From: Gammaproteobacteria bacterium
Lineage (GTDB): Bacteria > Pseudomonadota > Gammaproteobacteria > Pseudomonadales > Porticoccaceae
Assembly (NCBI GenBank): GCA_050485225.1
Contig: JBJHAZ010000001.1
Span: forward strand, 1 to 33,216
DNA: 33,216 nucleotides
Direction of reading: 5' to 3'
Below are positions 26,369 to 33,216 of the stretch, piece by piece. Below the pieces are notes generated by a model. It worked only from the letters and a program-made list of their open reading frames with translations, was not told the DNA's origin and searched no databases. A program made the translations under genes and the position numbers. Positions within the stretch are counted from its first letter, which is position 1. Each line of letters begins with the position of its first letter.

Positions 26369-26421
26369 ATTCGGCGAAGCCCCCACACACCGGGGCTCGC
26401 CAAAAAGAACCCTTCCCGCTT

Positions 26422-26447
26422 GGGGCCCCGCAAGGGGCCCTTTTTTT
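26422..26447 (+). terminator. Rho-independent terminator
   Basis: GGGCCCC-gcaa-GGGGCCC is a perfect 7-bp GC stem with a GNRA loop, followed by TTTTTTT. A second bulged hairpin (GGCGAAGCCCC...GGGGCTCGCC) precedes it at 26373-26401. Confidence 0.85.
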
Positions 26448-26469
26448 GTCTCGCGAAAAGCGGGAGCTG

Positions 26470-28620
26470 TCAGCCGTAGTAGCGTTCTCCGCTGGCTGCC
26501 ATGGCGCGCATGGCCGCAGTCGGCTCGTACAGCTTGCCCAGTGCGGCGAAGCGATCCGCCTGGTGACAGATCTCGGCCAGTCCCAGCTCGTCCATCCAAC
26601 GGTAGATGCCGCCCCTGAACCGGGGAAAGCCGAGCCCGTAGATAAGTCCCATATCGCCTTCCGCCGGCGAGCCGATAATGCCTTCCTCCAGCGCGCGCGC
26701 CGCCTCGATGGCCATCGGCAGCATGACCCGCAGCGCCATGTCCTCGTCCGGCAGGGTTTTGCCCGCCGGTGCGATATGCTCGCTGATCAGGGCGCGACTG
26801 TCCTCGTCGACGGTTTTTTCCGGGCGACCCGCCTGATCCTTGCGGTAGCGATAAAACCCGGCACGACTCTTCTGGCCGTAGCGCTTGTGCTCCGACATCA
26901 GGCACAGGGCGGAACGGTCGCGGTCCGGTGCCATGCGATCGGGGTAGCCGACCTCCAAGGCGGCAAAACAGTGCACCGCCACGTCGATGCCCACGACATC
27001 CATGAGGTACGCAGGCCCCATGGGCATACCCCATGCCTCCACAGCCCGGTCGACGGCTTCGAAGGCCACACCTTCCCGCACCAGCATGTCGAAGGCCAGG
27101 ATGGCGGGAAACAGGGTTCGGTTGACGAAGAACGCCGGGCAGTCATTGACCACGATGACCTTTTTGCCCATCGCTAGCCCCTGGGCCACGGTGGTGGCAA
27201 TAGTCTCGTCCGAGGTTTTCTCGCCCCGGATGACCTCGACCAGTGGCATGGCGTGGACCGGATTGAAAAAGTGCATACCGCAGAAGTTTTCGGGGCGCTT
27301 GAGCGCCTCGGCGATGCGGCTGATCGAGATGGTCGAGGTGTTGGATGCCAGCACCGCATTTTCCGACAGCCGGCCTTCCACATCGGCCAGCACCGACTGC
27401 TTGATGTCGAGGTTCTCCACCACCGCCTCGATCAGGAGGTCGGACTGCTCGATCCCCTGGTAGTCCAGCGTGGCCGTGATCCGACTCACGGCCTCCTCGC
27501 CTTTCGCCGCGCTCATCTGGCCGCGCTTGACCCGCTTGGCCACCAGGCCCCGCGCCTCCTCCATACCGACGTCCAACGCCTGTTGGTTGATGTCCTTCAT
27601 GAACACCGGAAAACCCTTGAGGGCGTTCTGATAGGCGATACCACCGCCCATCGTGCCCGCGCCCAACACTGCGAGCTGGCCCACCTTGCGGGCGGCCCTG
27701 GCATGACCGCGTGCGATCCGTCCAATGGCCTGATCGTTGACGAACAGTCCGACCATGGCCCGCGCTTCGGCGGTTGCAGTGACCTCGTAGAAGGCCTCGA
27801 ACTCCACCTCGAGGGCCTCCGGCAACGGCAACGGCGCCGATTTGACCATGGACTCGAAGGCCACCAGCGGTGCCTTCCAGTGGCGGCCGGCAATGTTGCG
27901 CACCACGCTTCGGGAGCGCTCCACTGCCTCGTGGAATGCTGCCTCGCCCAAGGCGATCGGGTTGTGTTTGGCCAGGCGCCGTTCACGGCAGCTGATCTCA
28001 CCACGGGCACAGCGCTGCAGCCAGCTCAGGGCTTCCTCACGCAGTTTGCTCGGCTCGACGACGGCATCCACCAATCCCAGCTCGAGCGCAGCCTGCGCAC
28101 GGTATGGCGCTCCGCTGGCCACTGCGGCTGCAGCCGGCTCGAAGCCGATGACCCGAGGCAGGCGAACGGTTCCGCCCCACCCGGGAATGATGCCCAGCCC
28201 GGTCTCGGGCAAACCCACCTGGGCGCCCTCGGCCATGATGCGGTAGTCGCAGCCCAGACAGAACTCGAGGCCGCCACCCATGGCGGCGCCATTGATGGCC
28301 ACAACAATGGGCAGATGCAGGCTTTCGAGTCTCAGGATATTGCGACTGTTGGCGCTGGCAAAGCGACGGAAATGGTCGATTGAGGTGCCGAATACATTGC
28401 CGAATTCGGTGATATCGGCGCCCGCTATAAACACGGTTTTGCCACTGGTGACCAGTAGCCCACGAATGCGTTCCGCCTGCTCGAGCCGATCCAGCGCGTC
28501 GGACAGCTCGGCCACGGTATCGCTGTCGAACTTGTTGACCGAACCACCCTCGGCGTTGAAGTGCAGCTCCACCAATCCGTCCTCGATGGGCGTCAATGCG
28601 AGTTTCTTGCCCTGATACAT
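26470..28620 (-). CDS. fadB: Fatty-acid oxidation complex alpha subunit (enoyl-CoA hydratase / 3-hydroxyacyl-CoA dehydrogenase)
   Basis: MYQGKKLALTPIEDGLVELHFNAEGGSVNKFDSDTVAELSDALDRLEQ parallels the E. coli FadB N-terminus. Crotonase fold plus the NAD-binding LAVLGAGTMGGGIA. GAGGAGAG SD upstream. Confidence 0.9.
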   Translation of the reverse strand: MYQGKKLALTPIEDGLVELHFNAEGGSVNKFDSDTVAELSDALDRLEQAERIRGLLVTSGKTVFIAGADITEFGNVFGTSIDHFRRFASANSRNILRLESLHLPIVVAINGAAMGGGLEFCLGCDYRIMAEGAQVGLPETGLGIIPGWGGTVRLPRVIGFEPAAAAVASGAPYRAQAALELGLVDAVVEPSKLREEALSWLQRCARGEISCRERRLAKHNPIALGEAAFHEAVERSRSVVRNIAGRHWKAPLVAFESMVKSAPLPLPEALEVEFEAFYEVTATAEARAMVGLFVNDQAIGRIARGHARAARKVGQLAVLGAGTMGGGIAYQNALKGFPVFMKDINQQALDVGMEEARGLVAKRVKRGQMSAAKGEEAVSRITATLDYQGIEQSDLLIEAVVENLDIKQSVLADVEGRLSENAVLASNTSTISISRIAEALKRPENFCGMHFFNPVHAMPLVEVIRGEKTSDETIATTVAQGLAMGKKVIVVNDCPAFFVNRTLFPAILAFDMLVREGVAFEAVDRAVEAWGMPMGPAYLMDVVGIDVAVHCFAALEVGYPDRMAPDRDRSALCLMSEHKRYGQKSRAGFYRYRKDQAGRPEKTVDEDSRALISEHIAPAGKTLPDEDMALRVMLPMAIEAARALEEGIIGSPAEGDMGLIYGLGFPRFRGGIYRWMDELGLAEICHQADRFAALGKLYEPTAAMRAMAASGERYYG

Positions 28621-28700
28621 GATCTCTCCTCATTGTTGAATCCGTTGACCGCCGCGGCCGACGACGGAATTGCTCATGGATTCATTCTAGTCGATACAAG

Positions 28701-29351
28701 TCACACCCCGTGGGGCCGCGTCAGCAATACCACGTCATCGCCATGAAACTCCAGCCCTGCCTGCCACTGCCGTGCCAGCCACAGGAAGGTGTCCCGGTGG
28801 AAGAAACAGATGTGGGTAGGGTCGTTCTTGTAGTGCCAGTTCGCAAACCGCTGCGCGTCCAGTGCGCGCTTGGTCATGATGGCGAGCACGCCGCCGGGGT
28901 TCAGCCGGCTCCACAGCCGGTCGAGCACCTGACCGGGGGCGGACAGGTGCTCGACCACTTCGGTGGCCGTGATGAAATCCCACTGTTGGTCGAGCAGGCT
29001 CTCGTGGGGCGCGTAGTAGAGGTCATACTCGGCACAGTCATGGCCGCGTTCGCGAAACATCAGTGACAGGGTGGGGCCGGGGCCGCACCCGAAATCAAGG
29101 CCCCGCGCCCCTTCCGCCAACCGAGCACAGACCGGGTTCAGGGTGCGGGACAGAAATCGTCGATAGCCGGCATCACCCGGCGCGTTCTCATGGAGGTCGT
29201 AGTGGGCCTTTTCCTGCTCCGGCGTGAGGTGCCAGGCGGGCGGCACCTGGATCAGATGGCACTGTCGACAGCGGAGGTACTCGCGCCGGCGATCTGCCCA
29301 GAAGGGTTCCAGCGCCATGCAGTGACACAATGAGCAGGCAGGCATTAACAT
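28701..29351 (-). CDS. Class I SAM-dependent methyltransferase with an N-terminal Cys4 zinc-ribbon-like motif
   Basis: CSLCHC...CRQCH is followed by the SAM motif GLDFGCGPGP. Start trimmed to the ATG at 29349-29351, with GGAG 5 nt upstream. The rest of the 514-aa track ORF is antisense to the SDR gene. Confidence 0.8.
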   Translation of the reverse strand: MLMPACSLCHCMALEPFWADRRREYLRCRQCHLIQVPPAWHLTPEQEKAHYDLHENAPGDAGYRRFLSRTLNPVCARLAEGARGLDFGCGPGPTLSLMFRERGHDCAEYDLYYAPHESLLDQQWDFITATEVVEHLSAPGQVLDRLWSRLNPGGVLAIMTKRALDAQRFANWHYKNDPTHICFFHRDTFLWLARQWQAGLEFHGDDVVLLTRPHGV

Positions 29352-29417
29352 GAACACTCCTGGGACTCGTGGTTCCCGGCCGGTATCGACAACATCCTCT
29401 GCCAAAGGATACCCGAC

Positions 29418-30203
29418 ATGAATCATCGCGCTGCCTCCGATTTTCACGCCTTTATCACCGGTGCCGCCAGAGGTATCGGCCGGGCGCTGGCCGAGGCGGG
29501 GCACGGCGCCGGCATGCGGGTATCGCTGGCGGATATCGACCACGAGAGCGCAACCCGGCTTGCCGCAAGCCTGAGCCCCTCCGGCGAGCGGGTGACCGCC
29601 CACAGTATGGATGTCACCTCGGCAGACGCCTGGCAGCGGGCGGTTGACGCAGCGGAAAATCATCTTGGACCCATCAACCTGCTGATCAATGCGGCGGCGG
29701 TTTCCGCCGGAGGCACCCCGATGGAGGACATTCCGCTGGATCAGTGGCGCCGGGTACTGGAAACGAATGTTACCGGTACATTCCTGGGGATCAAGACCGT
29801 CGTTCCCCGCCTCAAGGCGCGCGGACAGGCGGCCCATATCGTCAATGTGGCCTCCGGAGCGGGCTTGATCGCCACACCCGGACTGGGGGCCTTCCACGCG
29901 TCCAAGTATGCCGTGGTGGGCCTGTCCGAAGCACTGAGACTGGAACTTGCCCCGCACGACATCGGGGTCACCGTGGTCTGCCCCGGCCCGGCCCACGGGA
30001 TTTCGACGAGCCCCGGACGAGCGGCCGCCCTCACCTTTCGATCGCGGGCCGTGTCGCCCGACAGCGTGGCATTGCAGACTCTGACAGCCATCCTCGAAAA
30101 CGACCCCTACGTCATCACTCACGCGGAACTGCTGCCTGCCGTAAAATCCCGCTTTGAAGCCATCCTCGACGCCTTCGCCGACCACCCGTCCAAGACCCAC
30201 TGA
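29418..30203 (+). CDS. Short-chain dehydrogenase/reductase (SDR) family oxidoreductase
   Basis: TGAARGIGRA cofactor motif, NAA, and the catalytic S...YHASKYAV (YxxxK). AAAGGA SD upstream. Confidence 0.85.
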   Translation: MNHRAASDFHAFITGAARGIGRALAEAGHGAGMRVSLADIDHESATRLAASLSPSGERVTAHSMDVTSADAWQRAVDAAENHLGPINLLINAAAVSAGGTPMEDIPLDQWRRVLETNVTGTFLGIKTVVPRLKARGQAAHIVNVASGAGLIATPGLGAFHASKYAVVGLSEALRLELAPHDIGVTVVCPGPAHGISTSPGRAAALTFRSRAVSPDSVALQTLTAILENDPYVITHAELLPAVKSRFEAILDAFADHPSKTH

Positions 30204-30226
30204 GCCAGCCGAACCCGACAATCCGT

Positions 30227-31054
30227 ATGACGAGTAGCGCACCACCCTCCCGCCCGCCCCGCGTCCTCGTGTTCGATTCCGGCGTCGGCGGACTCAGCGT
30301 CCTCGACGAGATCCGCCGCCTGACCCCCTGGTGCGAGCTGGTGTACGTATCGGACAACGCTGCCTTTCCCTACGGCGTCAAGGGAGAGATGGAGCTGGTG
30401 GATCGTGTCGACCGGGTACTGCGCCACCTGATCCGGCGTGAGGAGCCGGACATTCTGGTGGTCGCCTGCAACTCGGCAAGCACCCTGGCCCTGCCCCACA
30501 TTCGGTCCCACTTCGAGCGACCGGTGGTGGGCGTGGTTCCGGCCATCAAACCAGCGGCGGCGCTGACCCGCACCGGCGTCATCGGCCTGCTCGCCACCCC
30601 CGGCACTGTGGCCCGCCCCTATACCCAGCAGCTCATCGACGACTTTGCCGGGCACTGCCACGTGATTCGCGTGGGCTCCTCGCGTCTGGTGGAACTCGCC
30701 GAGCAGCACCTGCGTGGCCAACCGGTGTCCCGCGAAGAGCTGGAAATCATTACGGCGCCCCTGTTTGCCACCACGCCGCAGGGTGAGGCCGACGTGGTCG
30801 TGCTCGCCTGCACCCACTTTCCGCTGCTGCGCGAACGGCTCGCCGGCGCGGCACCCCGCGCCCTGGCGTGGATCGACTCGGGCTCGGCCATCGCGCGCCG
30901 GGTCGCCTCGCTGCTGCCGGCAGACTGCGATCGAACCCAGCGCCACTTTGCCTGGCGCTGCCTGTTTACCGCCGAGGACGCATCCCTGGCGCGCCTCAGG
31001 CCGGCGCTGGATCGGCTCGAGTGCGCCTCGGTGGAGATCACCGCGATCCACTGA
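30227..31054 (+). CDS. murI: Glutamate racemase
   Basis: VFDSGVGGLSVL, the two catalytic Cys contexts VVACNSAS and LACTHFPLL, and PYG. Confidence 0.9.
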   Translation: MTSSAPPSRPPRVLVFDSGVGGLSVLDEIRRLTPWCELVYVSDNAAFPYGVKGEMELVDRVDRVLRHLIRREEPDILVVACNSASTLALPHIRSHFERPVVGVVPAIKPAAALTRTGVIGLLATPGTVARPYTQQLIDDFAGHCHVIRVGSSRLVELAEQHLRGQPVSREELEIITAPLFATTPQGEADVVVLACTHFPLLRERLAGAAPRALAWIDSGSAIARRVASLLPADCDRTQRHFAWRCLFTAEDASLARLRPALDRLECASVEITAIH

Positions 31055-31078
31055 CCTCCAGCGAGCCAACCCGCCGAC

Positions 31079-31969
31079 TCAGGCCGACCGGTTGCGACGG
31101 TAGTGCTGCGGCGACACCCCCATCACCTTCTTGAACAGTCGTGAGAAGTAGTAGGCATCGTCGTAACCAAGCGCCGCTGCGGTCTGCTTGACCGATCGGG
31201 TATCGCTGTCCAGCAGCTGGCAGGCGTACTGCATCTTGAGGTGGATGAAGTACTGGATCGGGGAATGGCCGGTCTGCTCGCGAAACCGCCGCACGAAATG
31301 ATAGCGGGACATGCCGGCCTCCTCGGCCAGCTCATCGAGCCGCAGACTGCGGTCGATACGTCGGCGCATCAGCTGTTCGATGCGATCCATGTCCACACGC
31401 GCGCCGCTGCCCGATCCGGCGCGGCTCCGCTGCCAGCCCACATCCGTCAGCAGCTCCTTGAGCTGGGCAGAGCCGTGGATGAAGGCCCGCTCGGGATATC
31501 CGCCCCGACCGAGTGAAAACAGCCCTGAAAACCCGGTCACTACCGACGGGTGCATGCCCAGGCGCAGCACCGGGTGGTCGGCATTCAGAAACTGCAGGTA
31601 TTGTTCGGCCAGTTCGCCATCGAAATGCACCCAGTAGATCGACCAGGGGTCCCCCTCATCGGCCCGATAGCTGTGGGCCAGCCCGCGGGGGAGACACAGC
31701 AGATCGCCGGCCTGGATACGCCAGGTCTCGCCGCCGATGGACAGGTGCCCAAGGCCGGCGACGCAGTAGATGATCAGGTGACTGTCGTGGCGGCGGCGCT
31801 CCATGCTATGGCCCGCGGCCACCGGATAATAGCCGACGGCCAGCGGGAACAGGTCGCGACTCAGCGGATGGGTGGACAACAGCCTGACGAGAAAGCGCGG
31901 GGTCTCGAAGCGGACGCCCTTTGGTGGCAGAGGCCAACTGGAGGCAAACACCGGTTCTTTGCGGGCCAC
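31079..31969 (-). CDS. mmsR: AraC-family transcriptional regulator, divergent from mmsA (MmsR-like)
   Basis: C-terminal dual HTH (RYHFVRRFREQTGHSPIQYF...GYDDAYYFSRLFKKVMGVSPQHYR) and an N-terminal cupin-like domain. GTG start with GAGGGTGA upstream. The divergent arrangement matches Pseudomonas mmsR-mmsAB. Confidence 0.7.
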   Translation of the reverse strand: MARKEPVFASSWPLPPKGVRFETPRFLVRLLSTHPLSRDLFPLAVGYYPVAAGHSMERRRHDSHLIIYCVAGLGHLSIGGETWRIQAGDLLCLPRGLAHSYRADEGDPWSIYWVHFDGELAEQYLQFLNADHPVLRLGMHPSVVTGFSGLFSLGRGGYPERAFIHGSAQLKELLTDVGWQRSRAGSGSGARVDMDRIEQLMRRRIDRSLRLDELAEEAGMSRYHFVRRFREQTGHSPIQYFIHLKMQYACQLLDSDTRSVKQTAAALGYDDAYYFSRLFKKVMGVSPQHYRRNRSA

Positions 31970-32123
31970 GGCGGGTCACCCTCGGGAGCACAGGAAGCAA
32001 TATCGTCCATCACATGGGCAACTTCGTCAATTCAAGCCGAATCGACAGCGTGTTGTTATAGAATAGTTGGCGAGAAACGGTCCACTGGGCCCCGTAAACC
32101 CAAACCACCACGAGGTATGGTTC

Positions 32124-33216
32124 ATGTTCCCCGAAAAGGTACCCCTTTTTATTGACGGCGAGTTCGTCAACAGCGTCAGCCAACAATGGATGGACGTCAC
32201 TGACCCCGCGACCCAGAAGAAGCTGTCGTCGGTGCCGATGTCCACCACTGACGAGATCGAGCGCGCCGTAGCCGGGGCCAAGAAAGCCTTCGCCACCTGG
32301 AAGGAAGTCGCCACCCCCGAGCGCCAGCGCCTGATGCTGCGCTACCAGGCGCTGCTCAAGGAGCACCAGGAAGAGCTGGCCGAGATCATCTGCCAGGACC
32401 TCGGCAAGACCTTCGACGACGCCAAGGGCGACGTATGGCGCGGCATCGAAGTGGTCGAGCACGCCTGCAACATCGCGACCCTGATGATGGGCGAGACCGT
32501 CGAGAACGTCGCCCGCGGCATCGATGGCTACTCCTACACCCAGCCGCTGGGCATCTGCGCCGGTATCACGCCGTTCAACTTCCCGGCCATGATCCCGCTG
32601 TGGATGTTCCCGCTGGCCAACGCCTGTGGCAACGCCTTCATCCTCAAGCCCTCCGAGCAGGTGCCGCTCACCGCGGTGCGCCTGATGGAGCTCTACAAGG
32701 AAGCCGGCGCACCTCCCGGCATCTGCCAGATGGTTCACGGTGGCAAGGATCAGGTCAACCAGATCCTCGAGCACCCGGACATCAAGGCCATTTCCTTCGT
32801 CGGTTCCGTCCCCGTCGGTCGCCATATCTACTCCCATGGCACCCAGCACCACAAGCGCGTCCAGTGCCTCACCGGCGCCAAGAACCACCAGGTGGTCATG
32901 CCCGACGCCAACCGTCAGCAAGCCGTGAACTCCATCATCGGTGCCGCCTTCGGTGCCTGTGGCCAGCGCTGCATGGCGATTTCCGTCGCCGTCATGGTCG
33001 GTCACGCCAAGGAGTGGGTGGGCGACATTGTTGCGGCCGCAAAACAGGTGCAGCCTGGCCATTGGAAGCAGTCCGGCTCCGCGTTTGGGCCGCAGGTCAA
33101 CCGAGCCGCCATGGAGAAAACCCTGGGTCTGATCGAACAGGGCAAGAAAGAGGGCGCCACGTGTGTGCTGGACGGTAGCCAGGTGGTGGTCGACGGTTTC
33201 CCGGACGGCAACTGGG
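32124..33216 (+). CDS. mmsA: Methylmalonate-semialdehyde dehydrogenase (CoA-acylating), 3'-truncated by the window edge
   Basis: Absent from the ORF track because it runs off the right edge. My translation: [62 protein letters not shown]...[83 protein letters not shown]. These are conserved MmsA/ALDH6 blocks. GAGG lies 8 nt upstream. Track ORF 32010..33062 (-) is its antisense shadow. Confidence 0.85.
   Translation, partial: MFPEKVPLFIDGEFVNSVSQQWMDVTDPATQKKLSSVPMSTTDEIERAVAGAKKAFATWKEVATPERQRLMLRYQALLKEHQEELAEIICQDLGKTFDDAKGDVWRGIEVVEHACNIATLMMGETVENVARGIDGYSYTQPLGICAGITPFNFPAMIPLWMFPLANACGNAFILKPSEQVPLTAVRLMELYKEAGAPPGICQMVHGGKDQVNQILEHPDIKAISFVGSVPVGRHIYSHGTQHHKRVQCLTGAKNHQVVMPDANRQQAVNSIIGAAFGACGQRCMAISVAVMVGHAKEWVGDIVAAAKQVQPGHWKQSGSAFGPQVNRAAMEKTLGLIEQGKKEGATCVLDGSQVVVDGFPDGNW

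Noticed and set aside
29352-30245. N-terminal 298 aa of the 514-aa reverse-strand ORF 28701..30245
   Set aside because: This part is antisense to a well-supported SDR gene (29418..30203). The methyltransferase domain begins at an internal ATG (29351) with a good SD. The long form is therefore an artefact of the longest-ORF rule.

Overview
High-GC proteobacterial (probably gammaproteobacterial) chromosomal window. It is densely coding, with about 35 CDS. I saw no rRNA, tRNA, CRISPR array, IS element or integrase.

Positions 1-17.5 kb look like the periphery of a PEP-CTERM/exosortase-type exopolysaccharide (EPS) locus:
- an HprK-related kinase A / PqqD / nucleotidyltransferase module behind a Tat-signal protein
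- a WbpO/WbpP-type UDP-amino-sugar pair
- the PEP-CTERM regulators PrsK and PrsR (sigma-54 dependent)
- a very large VanZ + multi-TM + heparinase II/III fusion protein
- an operon of a secreted S1 protease and a low-molecular-weight tyrosine phosphatase (LMW-PTP)
- the exosortase-A-associated acyl-CoA ligase and PLP decarboxylase pair
- a PEP-CTERM-type priming sugar transferase

No exosortase, PEP-CTERM substrate protein or prsT is inside the window.

Positions 17.5-26.5 kb hold three poorly understood modules:
- a small Arg-rich membrane protein behind a sigma-54-like promoter
- a NOX-like ferric-reductase-domain flavocytochrome translationally coupled to a periplasmic cytochrome b5-like protein
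- a four-gene cluster of DUF1538, DUF1538, a PII-like protein and a CBS protein

These are followed by a GlrK-QseG-GlrR-type three-gene signalling operon. Its divergent intergenic region carries a textbook sigma-54 promoter, an IHF-like site and two copies of a 20-bp operator. Together they point at a tiny lipoprotein plus 2-TM peptide operon rather than at a GlmY-like sRNA.

The right end is housekeeping: fadB, a methyltransferase, an SDR, murI, and mmsR-mmsA (mmsA is partial).

Four sigma-54-type promoters (one strong, three candidates) and two sigma-54 activators sit in the same window. Many long ORFs in the supplied track are antisense or out-of-frame shadows typical of high-GC DNA and were rejected.
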